DNA of 64,000 nucleotides from an uncultured delta proteobacterium (GTDB lineage Bacteria > Desulfobacterota > Binatia > UBA9968), in contig CAVSHR010000006.1 of NCBI GenBank assembly GCA_963727625.1, positions 96,001-160,000 on the forward strand, in the 5' to 3' direction. Numbering within the stretch: the first letter of the stretch is position 1; each line of letters opens with the position of its first letter. Made by a program: the position numbers and the translations under genes. Below, piece by piece: positions 31,354-41,871 of the stretch. The notes under the pieces are model-generated. The model had not been told where the DNA came from and searched no databases. It saw nothing but the letters and a program-made list of their open reading frames with translations.

Positions 31354-32172
31354 CTAGTTGAGTTTCAGCAGCCGCTTGATGTTGTCTGACATGATCAGGC
31401 GGAGATCTTCGATCTTGAGTTTTAAATGGCGCTGGGCGTGTTTGACGATCTTCTCGATTTCCCAGTCCATGGGGTTAAACGGATGGTCGGAGCCATAGAG
31501 CACGCGGTCCGGACCGGCCCACGAGATCGATTCACAAAAGAAGGGCAACCAGCCCATTCCCGAGCTGTCCATATGGACGTTCTCGCACTTCTTGGCGATC
31601 TCGACCACGTCTCTCACTCCTTCGACTAAACCCGAGTGCCCCATGATGATGGGAAGCTTGGGAAAATCCTTGGCGACTTCGCCGATGCGTTTCGGACTGG
31701 CGTCTTCGCCCAAACCGCAGTGAAACAGCACCGGGATGCCGTGCTGCTGCGCGGCTTCCATGAGCGGATAGACTTTTGTCTTGTCGTTGGCCGGGCAGTG
31801 CTCGATCAGCGGATGAATTTTGATGCCCTTGAGTCCGAGCTTGATGCCTTCCTCCAGGACCTGCAGGGTGTCCTTCGGTCCATTGCCGGGGCTGAGGCGC
31901 ATGTAGCCATGAATCCGCCACGAGTGTTTTTTCATCTGCTCGGAAATGTACTGATTGGTTTCTCGATAGTTGGACGGTTCGCCGATGCCGATGGCGAATG
32001 TGACGACGCCGTCCACACCGGCGTCGTTCATCGACTGCAGCATGTCTTCCGCCATAAATTTCATGATCGGTGGGATCTGATGGATCGCCAGTTTCTTTCG
32101 CGCGCCCATATGCGAGTGCGCATCGATGACTTCGATCTTTTCGCCTTCGACAGTGCTATGATGATCTCCCAA
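31354..32172 (-). CDS. Amidohydrolase-2 family protein
   Basis: IDAHSH, GIKIHP, LFHCG, MGHSG, YGSDHP. Confidence 0.88.
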   Translation of the reverse strand: MGDHHSTVEGEKIEVIDAHSHMGARKKLAIHQIPPIMKFMAEDMLQSMNDAGVDGVVTFAIGIGEPSNYRETNQYISEQMKKHSWRIHGYMRLSPGNGPKDTLQVLEEGIKLGLKGIKIHPLIEHCPANDKTKVYPLMEAAQQHGIPVLFHCGLGEDASPKRIGEVAKDFPKLPIIMGHSGLVEGVRDVVEIAKKCENVHMDSSGMGWLPFFCESISWAGPDRVLYGSDHPFNPMDWEIEKIVKHAQRHLKLKIEDLRLIMSDNIKRLLKLN

Positions 32173-32249
32173 AAATTTTGGCTGCTCAAAGGAGATGGAT
32201 CAAGGTTGCTCAGCCGGTCGATTTATAGAATCACTTAACCTCTTACACT

Positions 32250-33275
32250 TTACACTCCGCCGAATCCTTCATCCTGCGCTTCGGCCAGCAGCCACGGATC
32301 TTTGATCTCGGTCGTCGGGCCTTTGCCGCTGAGCACGTTGACGACTTCTCGCGCGGCATGGGTTTGGCAATCGACGTAGGACTCGTCAGAGTTTGCCGCG
32401 GTATGGCAGGTGACGATGACATTGGGCAGTGTCAACAGTTTATGATCGGCGGGCAAGGGTTCCGGTTCCGTGACGTCTAGTGCCGCGCCGGCCAGTTCAC
32501 CGGCGACCAGCGCATCGTAGAGCGCGTCGGAGTCCACCAGGCCGCCGCGGGCGCAGTTTATCAAGTAGGCGGTGTTCTTCATCGCTTTGAACTGCGGCGT
32601 GCTGAACATCTTGCGCGTCTGCTTGGTCAGCGGCGCGTGCACGCTGATAAAGTCGGAGGTCTTCACCAACTCGTCGAAGGAAACCATCTTGACGCCATAC
32701 TCTTTGGCGGTTTTTTCGTCGAGATAGGGATCGTAGGTCTGCACGTTGAGTCTCATGCCCTGGGCGCGCGGCGCGACTTGCTTGCCGACATGGCCCAGGC
32801 CGACGATGCCCAGCGTGCGGCCCTGAATCCGATAGACGCGGCCACGGTAGGCGTGCAACTCGGCGGTATGGCGGCGCCATTTGCCGTCGCGCACATATTG
32901 ATTCATGCGCATGAGCTTGCGCGAGATCGCGATCAATAAGCCGATGGCCTGCTCGGAGACTTCGATGGAATTGCACCCGGCGGCGTTGCAGATGATCAAG
33001 CCGTGATCCTTGGCTGCGGCGAGATCCATGCGGTCGACGCCGACGCCGGTGCGGCACACGACTTTGGTGCGTTTCAGTTGCGCGATAATCTCGCGCGACA
33101 GCGGCACCGAGCCGTGCATGATGATGCCGTCGGCGTCCTTACCCATCTCGACCACTTCGGCGTCGTTGGTCGGGCGCCGGATGGTCATGTCGGCGTCGAT
33201 CTCGGCGAGAATCGGTTTGATCAGATCCACCGGTACGTCGTTGCTGCCGAAATACACTACATGAAACTTACCCAT
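32250..33275 (-). CDS. D-isomer-specific 2-hydroxyacid dehydrogenase (CtBP-like)
   Basis: RTGVGVD, GIVGLGHVG, VHAPL, INCARG, LDVTEPEP. Confidence 0.92.
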   Translation of the reverse strand: MGKFHVVYFGSNDVPVDLIKPILAEIDADMTIRRPTNDAEVVEMGKDADGIIMHGSVPLSREIIAQLKRTKVVCRTGVGVDRMDLAAAKDHGLIICNAAGCNSIEVSEQAIGLLIAISRKLMRMNQYVRDGKWRRHTAELHAYRGRVYRIQGRTLGIVGLGHVGKQVAPRAQGMRLNVQTYDPYLDEKTAKEYGVKMVSFDELVKTSDFISVHAPLTKQTRKMFSTPQFKAMKNTAYLINCARGGLVDSDALYDALVAGELAGAALDVTEPEPLPADHKLLTLPNVIVTCHTAANSDESYVDCQTHAAREVVNVLSGKGPTTEIKDPWLLAEAQDEGFGGV

Positions 33276-33280
33276 TTGAG

Positions 33281-34418
33281 TTAAACCTCCAGTCCATAAA
33301 GGCGCAGCGGATTGTCCCATAAAATTTTCCGCCGCGCTTCAGCTGCAGATATGATCGTTCTTGGTGAGATCGCCCACGGTGCGATCGGGAAACTTGCCGA
33401 TGCAGTCGCTGTGCGGGTAATCGGTGGCGATGGTGAGATAGTCCTCGCCGACATGCTCGATGAACGCAGGCGCAAGCTCTTCGCCGGCTTCCGCGCTGGA
33501 AAAACATTGGCGCTTGAAATAATAGCTCGGTTTTTCTTTGGTGATTCTCGCTCGGCCATGGCCCTCATGCTCCCAGTGCTCGTCCATGCGCTCGAGCCAG
33601 AAGGGCACCCAGCCGCAGCCAGATTCCAGGTAGGCGACTTTGAGCTTGGGATATTTTTCCAGTACCCCATCGGCGCAGAAATTCAAACTGGCGAGCATCT
33701 GTTCGAGCGGATGGCAGGCGATATGGCGGCCGAACTCGCTGTAGCGATCCGAGCCGGCCTGCTCGAGCACGGTGCGCGCGCCTTCATGGACGCAAACCGC
33801 GACACCGAGATCGGCGGCCGTCTCATAAATTGGAAAATAGTCGGGGCTCGACAGCGTCCGGCCGCAGAGTTTATTCGGCCGCCAGAAGATCCCGACCAGG
33901 CCCAGTTTCTCCTTGGCGTATTTCAGTTCTTCGACGGCGCGTTTGGGGTCTTGCAGGGGAATCAAAGCGACGCCGTTGAGCCTTTTGCGGTCGTAGCTGC
34001 AGTAGTCCGAAAGCCAGGTGTTGTAAGCGCGGCAGATCGCCGCGCTCAACTCCGGGTCGAGATTGTCGCGCCACATGATGTAAAGACCCACGGTCGGGAA
34101 GAGCACGCCGAAGTCGACCCCTTCCTTGTCCATGTCGCGGACGTTGGATGCCGGATCGAATTTGGCGGCGAGCGCGTCGGCGAAAGTCTCGCGCCAGCGT
34201 TTCGACGCGCCGAAGGTGAAACCGTAGTCCTCCTGCTGGGTGGCGTTGCGCAGCTTGTCGGCATCGGAGATTTTTTCGCCATCGACGAGCCGGTACGACT
34301 GGTTCGGGCCTTTGATCTCCACGCGGCCGCGAAATTTTTCCGGCAGGTACCTGGCGAACAAGTCGGTCGGCTCGAGCACGTGGCGGTCGGCATCGATGAC
34401 TTTGAATCCGTCTTTCAT
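33281..34418 (-). CDS. Amidohydrolase-2 family protein, frameshift near 33350
   Basis: IDADRHVLEP, CVHEG, YLESG, TDYPHSD; the canonical end RRKILWDNPLRLYGLEV* lies in another frame. Confidence 0.85.
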
Positions 34419-34696
34419 GGCTTCAATCCTTTCGGCTACGCGCCGCGCCGCGCAGAGATGCGGCGTCCGATTCGAGCGCAGTTTTCATAAATAAGACGAG
34501 TTCGCCGAGGGAGTCAACAGGAGCGAGGCGCGAGGCGGCAAGGTGAACGCCGGCGGCGCCAGCTATCATCCATGCGTCGGGTCGGCCGGGCGACCGTGGG
34601 TGATGAGCCGAGGAAACTCATCGCGATTCGTTTGGATACGAAGGTTTTGGGTCGGTTGCGCAAGACTGCCGAGAGAAAAAACTTGCCCTACCAGTC
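34231..34696. repeat. Direct repeat copy A (amidohydrolase 5' end + intergenic + BrnA-like remnant)
   Basis: Aligns by eye with 36006-36478; 34520-34790 also aligns with 37427-37705. Confidence 0.9.
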
Positions 34697-34741
34697 CTCG
34701 TGAACGAGATGTTAGCCAGCGAGATGCCCAAGGCGAGTTAG
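34572..34741 (+). pseudogene. BrnA/CopG-like antitoxin remnant (frameshifted)
   Basis: MRRVGRATVGDEPRKLIAIRLDTKVLG..., paralogous to 37486..37656. Confidence 0.6.
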
Positions 34742-34921
34742 GACTGAGTAACGTGAAGAATAAATGTCAAAAGTAAAGATCTTGCCGTGGTGGCTTTTTT
34801 CTTCTCGGCTGGGATGTTTGTGCCTACTTGACCTGCCGTAATGGGTGACCCTCACGGCTCCACAAGCTTTTGCCCAGCGCTCTTATGATTTTTCAAAGAA
34901 AGGGTCTCCGTGCCGCGACCG

Positions 34922-35242
34922 TTAGGCCGGTTCGGGATGTACCGCGAGTTTGATTTTCTCTTTTTTCTGAATGTACGCGAAGACAGAAAACAGGTTCCGC
35001 GCTTGTGGGTTCCCCTTTTCGCCAAACATCCGCATTAAGCTCTTGGGCGACTTATGCACCGCGGCGCCGAGTTTTTCAAAACCGAGCGTTGCGTTGATAT
35101 AGTCGCGAAGGATGGTTTTTCCGGTTTCGACATCGCCAGCGAGAAGACACCCGGCGGCTTCGGTAATGAGGTTTTCGCGAAATTTTGGATCGCGTTGTAC
35201 TCGCGCCTGAACGGTTTCTTTAAAATCTCTTGTTAACGCCAT
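34922..35242 (-). CDS. Addiction-module antitoxin / HTH regulator
   Basis: MALTRDFKETV...ILRDYINATLGF...KSLMRMFGEKGNP, downstream of the toxin. Confidence 0.85.
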   Translation of the reverse strand: MALTRDFKETVQARVQRDPKFRENLITEAAGCLLAGDVETGKTILRDYINATLGFEKLGAAVHKSPKSLMRMFGEKGNPQARNLFSVFAYIQKKEKIKLAVHPEPA

Positions 35243-35244
35243 GG

Positions 35245-35571
35245 TTAGCTCTCCTTCTTTTTACGCTTCTTATAGTCTGCCCAAAGCGCTTGGGCATCTG
35301 CAATATCTTCTGACTGTTTTTTCTTCGTCCCGCCCGCGAGCAGAATAATCAACTCTTCGCCGTCCTTGCCGAAATAGATCCGATACCCCGGGCCGAAATT
35401 TATTTTGTACTCATGGACCCCTTGGCCAACGCTAGCGACGTTCGAAAGATTTCCCTTCGCCATACGGGTGACTGCCATTGTTACCTTCGCCGCGGCCTCC
35501 GAATTTAATCCGTCGAACCACTTGCGAAACGGAGATCGGCCGTTGCTAGCAAGATATTCTTTGATCTCCAC
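35245..35571 (-). CDS. RelE/ParE-family addiction-module killer protein
   Basis: GRSPFRKWF, SVGQGVHEYKINFGPGYRIYF, ILLAGGTK. Confidence 0.88.
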   Translation of the reverse strand: MEIKEYLASNGRSPFRKWFDGLNSEAAAKVTMAVTRMAKGNLSNVASVGQGVHEYKINFGPGYRIYFGKDGEELIILLAGGTKKKQSEDIADAQALWADYKKRKKKES

Positions 35572-35679
35572 GTAATGGAAATAGTAACATTTATGTTACT
35601 AGTGTCAAGGGCAAAACCATAATAGCGGCGGTATCTAAAAAGGGCATGGGATTCGGGTTGTAAAGCTTTAAGAAATTGG

Positions 35680-35907
35680 CCGGTTGTCATCAAAACCAAG
35701 GGAAACAAAACTCGATCGGATTCGAAAGAAGATCAAAGCGCTGGGGTTGACGGAAAAAAGATGTTGACGCCGCCATTCGCCGGGCCCGGACCCGGTAGTG
35801 CGCGTCGTCCTCGATACGAACACCATCGTATCCGTTCTCTTCTTCAGCGGGGTTTCCTCAAAGCTGGTTTCACTTTGGCAAACGGGTTTGCTAACGCCGT
35901 TGCTCTT
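35680..35907 (+). pseudogene. Decayed antitoxin + PIN toxin pair
   Basis: Antitoxin C-terminus (RIRKKIKALGLTE...DVDAAIRRAR, frameshifted) followed by GTG at 35798 and VRVVLDTNTIVSVLFFSG, truncated after about 36 codons. Confidence 0.6.
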
Positions 35908-36005
35908 CGAAATTGCTTAGATACCCAGCCACGACCCCGCTGGCGACCCTCACAAGATAACCGACATAAGCAAATAACCAAAGCCTGACGCCACTGCCCA
36001 AGTTT

Positions 36006-36193
36006 TCTTGCTGGGTGGCATTGCGCAGCTTGTCGGCATCGGAGATTTTTTCGCCGTCGACCAGCCGGAACGACTGGTTCGGGCCTTTGATCTCCACGCG
36101 GCTGCGGAATTTTTCCGGCAGGTACTTGGCGAACAGATCGGTCGGCTCGAGCACGTGGCGGTCGGCATCGATCACTTTGAATCCGTCTTTCAT
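36006..36193 (-). pseudogene. Duplicated 5' fragment (63 codons) of the amidohydrolase at 33281..34418
   Basis: Identical protein except R/K, G/S and Y/F, then abrupt divergence. Confidence 0.88.
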
Positions 36194-36478
36194 GGCTTCA
36201 ATCCTTTCGGCTACGCGCGGCGCCGCGCAGAGATGCGGCGTCCGATTCGAGCGCAGTTTTCATAAATAAGACGAGTTCGCCGAGGGAGTCAACAGGAGCG
36301 AGGCGCGAGGCGCGAGCCCGGCAACGTGAACGCTGGCGGCGCCAGCTATCATCCATGCGTCGGGTCGGCCGGCCGACCGTGGGTAATGAGCCGGGGAAGC
36401 TCATCGCAATTCGTTTGCATACAAAGGTTTTGCGGTGCTCCGCAAGACCAAAGAGAAAAAGGGATTACCCTACCAGTC
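36006..36478. repeat. Direct repeat copy B
   Basis: Near-identical to 34231-34696. Confidence 0.9.
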
Positions 36479-36776
36479 GCGCGGACGCTCACTCGACCGG
36501 TTGGTCGATGAAGTTGGCGACGACCAATCGCATTCCTCGCTTCGCTTATGGAAATTGTCGCCGTACTCTTCGAAAAGCACACTGTCCTGAGAAAAGTTGG
36601 GCCGCACGCCAGGGTCGTCGTTCAACTGCGTTGAAAAGGCCTCGCACCAACCAAAGCTGAGCGCTCGAAAAAGTACGTCCCCCTTTATTCCCTTGTCCTT
36701 AGTAGTCCCTAGCCTGATTTCCTAGTGGAAATGCCGGGCTTAGTTGGATATGCTAGAAAAACAGTGGAGGCCCGTC

Positions 36777-37001
36777 ATGCGTAAGCGAGCGTCTTCGACA
36801 GCGGAAAATCTGGTTTCGTTGCGCGTACCGAAAAAACTAGCAGGCAAAAAAGTGGTGCTGGTCGATGCCGCAGAGTACGCAGCGTTAAAGCGCCGTCTCA
36901 GCGAAATTAGCCACGCGCTGGAAGTGATTTCTCGCGGTGATGCCGCATACCGTCAAGGGAGGACGAAGACGGGCGCGTCTTTATCGGAGTTAGGTCGGTA
37001 G
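36777..37001 (+). CDS. Putative antitoxin
   Basis: Small ORF (VVLVDAAEYAAL...AYRQGRTK) ending 4 nt upstream of a RelE-like toxin. Confidence 0.6.
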   Translation: MRKRASSTAENLVSLRVPKKLAGKKVVLVDAAEYAALKRRLSEISHALEVISRGDAAYRQGRTKTGASLSELGR

Positions 37002-37005
37002 CGGG

Positions 37006-37278
37006 ATGGCCCGGCCGATTACCGTTGTTCACATCACCCCTGATTTTGAAAAAGCCTATCTTCGATTACCCAAGCACATTCAAATACTCGCGACCCGCAA
37101 AGATCAATGGTTTCGCGATGACGCCTTTGATCCGCGCCTCCGAACTCACAAACTAAAAGGCGATCTCTCAGCTTACTGGGCCTACTCGATCAACCGCGAG
37201 TATCGTGTGCTATTTCGGTTTCTCGGTCCAAGCGAAGTCCTCTACTACGATGTTGGCACCCATGAAATCTATCGCTAA
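37006..37278 (+). CDS. RelE/YafQ-type mRNA interferase toxin
   Basis: TPDFEKAYLRLP, FDPRLRTHKLKG, YSINREYRVLF, DVGTHEIY. Confidence 0.85.
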   Translation: MARPITVVHITPDFEKAYLRLPKHIQILATRKDQWFRDDAFDPRLRTHKLKGDLSAYWAYSINREYRVLFRFLGPSEVLYYDVGTHEIYR

Positions 37279-37426
37279 ACATTTGCGACAGTCGAACCCG
37301 CGCCGTGAAGAAGAATACCGAGAAAGTAGGATATTCGACATCAGGGATAAATTTTGATTCTTACACTTCGGATTACCTCGGGCAGGTGAAAATAAGTCAA
37401 TACTCAGGCTCGAACATCCCGCACAC

Positions 37427-37705
37427 GGAGCGAGGCGCGAGGCGTGAGCCGGCAACGTGAACGCTGGCGGCGGCAGCGTTCATCCATGCGTCGGGTCGGC
37501 CGGACGACTGTGGGTGACGAGCCAACGAAGCTCATCGCAATTCGATTGGATACAAAGGTTTTGGGTTGGTTGCGCAAGACTGCCGAGAAAAAAGGGCTGC
37601 CGTACCAGTCGCTGGTGAACGAGATATTGGCGAGCGAGATGCGCGAGGCGAGCTAGGATTGAGAGATGCGAACGAAAATGTCAAAAGTTAAAGATCTGAC
37701 CGTGG
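37427..37705. repeat. Direct repeat copy C (BrnA-like segment + TGTCAA...AAGATCTGACC end motif)
   Basis: Aligns with 34520-34790. Confidence 0.8.
37486..37656 (+). CDS. BrnA/CopG-type antitoxin (ribbon-helix-helix), probably lacking its N-terminus
   Basis: KLIAIRLDTKVLGWLRKTAEKKGLPYQSLVNEIL. Confidence 0.65.
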   Translation: MRRVGRTTVGDEPTKLIAIRLDTKVLGWLRKTAEKKGLPYQSLVNEILASEMREAS

Positions 37706-37738
37706 AACCTGGTGAAAATCTGACCCTGGAACCTGGTG
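37691..37738 (+). repeat. Tandem 24-bp duplication directly upstream of the ApeA-like gene
   Basis: aagatctgaccgtggaacctggtg / aaaatctgaccctggaacctggtg (22/24). Confidence 0.8.
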
Positions 37739-37763
37739 CAGCGGAATTGCCAATATTGATATC

Positions 37764-39106
37764 ATGGAAACACTGAACATAATCGGCACGTGGTGGGTGC
37801 CATCTAAAGGACAGTCAAGGGCGGCAGGTACGCTGACATTTTCCGAGAATGAAGGTGTTAGACTCGAAATCGACAAATCACTAACGGTCGGAAAAGAAAA
37901 AATCATAATAGGACGCGCGGGTGGCCGAGACGTAACATTACAAGGTTGCTACGAAATATCCAGCACATCTGTTGGCGGCGCATTGAAAATTACTGGTCAA
38001 GAGTATTTAGTTGAGACCGCCTTTTTGGGCGTAGCGCTAACAAAGACTTCGCAGTTTCGTTTCACAAAAGCTTCTTTCGACTTCACTCATTTAATTGACT
38101 GGGTTGCAACGAGTGGAATTAAAACAGGCTATTCAGCCGACAAAAAATTCACAGTCACCTACCAACGACCGGACGACATTTCCATTACCTTGCCAGAAGC
38201 TACCCTAAGCCTAGCCTTTAGTGGAAAATATCCGTTCGGGGGGCCAACACTTACGATACAGGAATCAGTGCGTTGGGACCTTACGACAAAACTACCAAAA
38301 ACCATCGACGAGATTGTCAATGCTTATATAACGCCTTTGTGGGACCTCCTAAGGCTAACTACAATGCGAGACAATACGCTCGAAGAGCTAGCCGTCTATC
38401 GCAAGGCAAATGATAAACCGAGCGACGCAATTCGCGTCATTTTCAAGACGGGTTATGTGGGCAACCGTACGAGGCACTTATCGTCGAGCGAAATGCTTTT
38501 TTCTCTGAGAGATATTGGTACTAGTTCACTTGAGTTTCTTAAGAATTGGATTCAGATTCATCCAAACGCCAGGGCTGTTATTGATAATCTCGTCGACCCT
38601 CCAACTGGAGCCAAAGTACGCCTGACTCAAAGGTTTTTTAATTTAGTTCAGGCTGCTGAAGTTTATCACCGGCTATTTCATTCAACGCAAAGCGAATTAT
38701 CCAAAGCGGAACATGACAAACGCCTGAGTGAAATCCTTAGCGACGTTCGTGATACACACAAAGATTGGCTTAAACAAATTCTAGCGGATAGTAATAAACC
38801 GAGACTTGCCGCTAGACTTACTGCAATTTTGAAAGAAACAGAGTTGATCGTAAGAAATCTGCTGCCGAACTCCAGCACACACCAAAACGTTTCACATCCA
38901 AGATCGCTCGGACGCGTAACGATTTAACGCATCGCCTGACGACGGCCGTTAAAAACGAGGACCTTTTTGTTATTTCAGAAGTACTGTTTCTTGTACTTGC
39001 TGCTTGTCTACTAATGAGATCCGGACTTCTAGAAGATAAAGTGGCAGCGATTATTGCAAACAACTTCCGTTATGTACGGGCGTTGGAGAATAGGGCTCTG
39101 TTGTGA
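37764..39106 (+). CDS. ApeA-like HEPN protein (N-terminal beta domain + HEPN RNase), frameshift near 38880
   Basis: GTWWVP...GTLTF..EGVRLEI N-terminus, RFFNLVQAAEVYHR helix; the HEPN motif RNDLTH (38915-38932) is in a shifted frame open to TGA 39104-39106; AT-richer than the flanks. Confidence 0.75.
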
Positions 39107-39112
39107 TGAAGG

Positions 39113-39970
39113 CTAGCAGCCCGTGGCAAAAGAGCTGACGAGCGCGAATTTGATTCGATCTACTTTGCGAGACGTGTGCAAGGCAACAGTCGACGTAACC
39201 GATCGATACCATCTTCGAAGATGGGTCCAGAGCGTGTCTAAAGGTCTTACAAGCGAGCCTATGACGATAAAAAGCGCCGCAACGCGGCCTTGCAGGCTCC
39301 GCGGCGTCCCTACACCGAACAGCGTTCGCATCAACAAGCTGAGATTCAACGCCGCCGCATGGAGTAAGATCCGTTTGAGGATGTTCTGATGACCGCGCAG
39401 GTGCACCCGTGGCATCGCTCCGGTTTCGTACAGATGCGCAAACGGTCGTTCGAGGAGTTCTCCCCGCTGACGGAGCAGGCGCTTGCCGCGTGCGCCGCGA
39501 ATCCGCCGGCGGTTGCGATAGACAGCATGGCGTGCCTCGGGGTTATCCTTCCACTGTCGTCGCCCGCGATCGGGCTCCGAGATGTAGCTGCGCACGCCCG
39601 CGGCTTCGAAGTCCACGAGCGCTTGATTACTATGATACCCCTTGTCTGCGACGACCTCTTTCGGCCCGTCGCTGTCAGGGACAACCCCCTCGATCTGCTC
39701 GGCGGCCTCAATCAACGTCTCGATACTCGTGGTGGTGTCCCCTTGATCGGCGCCTTGCACGGTCACGGCCACCACTGCTCCCGTCTCCAGGTCGACCGCG
39801 TGCTCGGCCTTGTGCGCCAAGTGCGTGCGTCCGTCCTTCATCTTGGTGATCTTGGCGTCGGGGTCATGGGGATGGGTCCAGTCATCGTTGGAGCCCTTGT
39901 TCTTGCGCTTGCGGTCAAGGCGCGCCAAGTCCTCGCGGGTCGGTGTTTCAATCCCCGAGGCCTTGGCTAG
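39113..39970 (-). mobile_element. IS1182-family transposase, 3' half only (cut by IS1380)
   Basis: DPDAKITKMKDGRTHLAHKAEHAVD, VADKGYH, ERPFAH, ends FATGC*; the frame stays open up to the CTAG at the IS1380 junction. Confidence 0.82.
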
Positions 39971-41835
39971 TCCTCAAATAAGCGCTGTGGACAGGAAAAT
40001 TTGTTGAGGTGGATTTAAAAACGGGAAAAGCCCTCTGAAATGAGGTATACGAAGAGTTGCCACACAGCAACGTAACCCCAAAAAGCAGAGGGCTCCCAAG
40101 TGAAAATATCTATCGCATTTGGACGTGCAAGTCACGTCAATTCCGGTACGAGCATCGATCCTGCCGAACTTCCGTGGCCCGAGACTCAAGGGCGGGTGAT
40201 GCGCCATCCGCTGCTCCATCTTGAGAGCGATCCACGAGGTAACATTACGCATTATGGAGGTTTGGTCTTGGCGCAGCAGTTTGTCCGGCGGTTTCGGGTT
40301 GCGCAGCGGTTGGACCAGGCCCTGGTGTTGTTTAGGCGTCATGCCCCCTACTTTGAGTCGGACCATGTGCTGGCGCTGATGTACACGCTTTATGCCGATG
40401 GGACATGTCTGGAGGACCAGGCGGTGCTGCAAGGGAGCGAGGCGATTCGAAGACTGGTGGGAGCGTGTCGGATTCCGGACCCGACGACGGCGGGAGATTT
40501 TCTGCGTCGGTTTAAGAGCGCACAAGATTTGGAGCAGTTGAGTGGGGTGGGCGACGAGGTGCAAGAGGCGGTGTGGTCGAAGTTGCCCGCCCCGGTACGT
40601 CGTCACAGGAAGAAGCACGAGATGGCGCTGGTGGATCTCGATGGTCACATCAAGCCCCTGTACGGGGTGCAGAAAGAGGGGGCGGATTTTAGCTACGACG
40701 GGCGTTGGTCGTATCAGCCGTTGGTGGTGACGCTGGGTGGCAGTGGGGAGTGCCTCAAGGTGGTCAATCAGCCAGGCAGCGGGCATGCTGCGGACGGCGC
40801 CGCCGAGGCTCTCAAGGAAGTTTTGCCACGGGTGAAGCGCCATTTCAAAAGCGCCATTGTGCGGGGCGATACCGACTTTGATCGGGCCGACGTGTACCAG
40901 GCGGTGATCGAGCAGGGGGCGTACTTTGCCATTGGGGCCAAGCTGCATCCCAATCGCGCCGCGCTGGCCGAGGCGATTGCGGAGAAGCGTTGGCAGCGAT
41001 TTTGTCCGCGCGCCGAGCGCAACAAGCCAGCCGGGTCTAGTCGTGAGGGGCGCACCCCCAACTACCGCAAAACCAAAGCCCAACAGCGAGGGTACCGCAC
41101 GTTGAGCACGCTTCAGCAGTGGATCAGCGAGATCGACTATCAGCCCGCCGGGGTGCCCTTTCCGTGTCGCCTGATCGTGCGGCGGATTTTGATTGAAGAG
41201 TGCGATGGTCAGGGAGTGCTCTTTCGCCATTTCCGCTACCGGTTGGTGCTGAGCGATCTGCCGCGTTCTTACACGGCTCAGCGGGTCGTCGATCTGACCT
41301 ATCAGCGCTGCGACCAGGAAAACCTCATCGAGCAATTCGGTCACGGCATTGCGGGGTGGCGCATGCCGGTGGCGGAGTTTATGGGCAACTCGGCGTGGCT
41401 GGAAATAGCTCGGCTGGCGTGGAATCTGGGCAAGTGGATCGCCCAACTGGTCTTGCCCGAGGAGGTAGTGCGCTGGGAGTGGAAGCGCTTTCGCCGCCAC
41501 TTTGTCTACATTGCGGCCAAGGTTCTCAAGCTCGGCAGAAGCTTGGTGGTGCGGCTGGCCGGATCGCATCGGTATTTGCCCGACATCCTCGCCGCTCATG
41601 CTCGATTGCAGACCTAACAGACGGTTGCGACGCGACCTCATCCGGCTGCTCCCGCGGGCCGACGCACGCCGCGCTGCGCTCAAAATCACTCTCGACCTCG
41701 GTTCATCGTCCAACAACATCCGACTGGCTCCGATTTGTGATATAAACGCATGCTCATGATGGGCTTACGAACCGTCAAGGATCTCCCTATGAACCGACCA
41801 TGCATACTTTTAGACGCTTGGCGCTTATTTCAGGG
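39971..41835 (+). mobile_element. IS1380-family insertion sequence
   Basis: Terminal inverted repeats tcctcaaataagcgc / gcgcttatttcaggg, flanked by CTAG at 39967-39970 and 41836-41839. Confidence 0.88.
40100..41617 (+). CDS. IS1380-family DDE transposase
   Basis: THYGGL, PDPTTAGDFLRRF, VDLDG, YQPL, VRGDTDF, YQRCDQENLIEQ, LAWNL. Confidence 0.9.
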   Translation: MKISIAFGRASHVNSGTSIDPAELPWPETQGRVMRHPLLHLESDPRGNITHYGGLVLAQQFVRRFRVAQRLDQALVLFRRHAPYFESDHVLALMYTLYADGTCLEDQAVLQGSEAIRRLVGACRIPDPTTAGDFLRRFKSAQDLEQLSGVGDEVQEAVWSKLPAPVRRHRKKHEMALVDLDGHIKPLYGVQKEGADFSYDGRWSYQPLVVTLGGSGECLKVVNQPGSGHAADGAAEALKEVLPRVKRHFKSAIVRGDTDFDRADVYQAVIEQGAYFAIGAKLHPNRAALAEAIAEKRWQRFCPRAERNKPAGSSREGRTPNYRKTKAQQRGYRTLSTLQQWISEIDYQPAGVPFPCRLIVRRILIEECDGQGVLFRHFRYRLVLSDLPRSYTAQRVVDLTYQRCDQENLIEQFGHGIAGWRMPVAEFMGNSAWLEIARLAWNLGKWIAQLVLPEEVVRWEWKRFRRHFVYIAAKVLKLGRSLVVRLAGSHRYLPDILAAHARLQT

Positions 41836-41871
41836 CTAGTCAAGGAAAAGGTTCGCGTCCCCTTTTCCCCT
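41836..41871 (+). repeat. 36-bp exact copy of the RAYT element's upstream end
   Basis: ctagtcaaggaaaaggttcgcgtccccttttcccct is identical to 46562-46597. Confidence 0.92.

Noticed and set aside
20923-37738. Short tandem repeats as a CRISPR array
   Set aside because: Units are 9 or 24 bp and adjacent, with no unique spacers and no cas genes.
39974-41719. 581-aa antisense ORF, and similar long antisense ORFs at 50259..51782, 24919..26250, 33312..34490 and 23834..24826
   Set aside because: Shadow frames of well-supported genes in GC-rich DNA, with no motifs.
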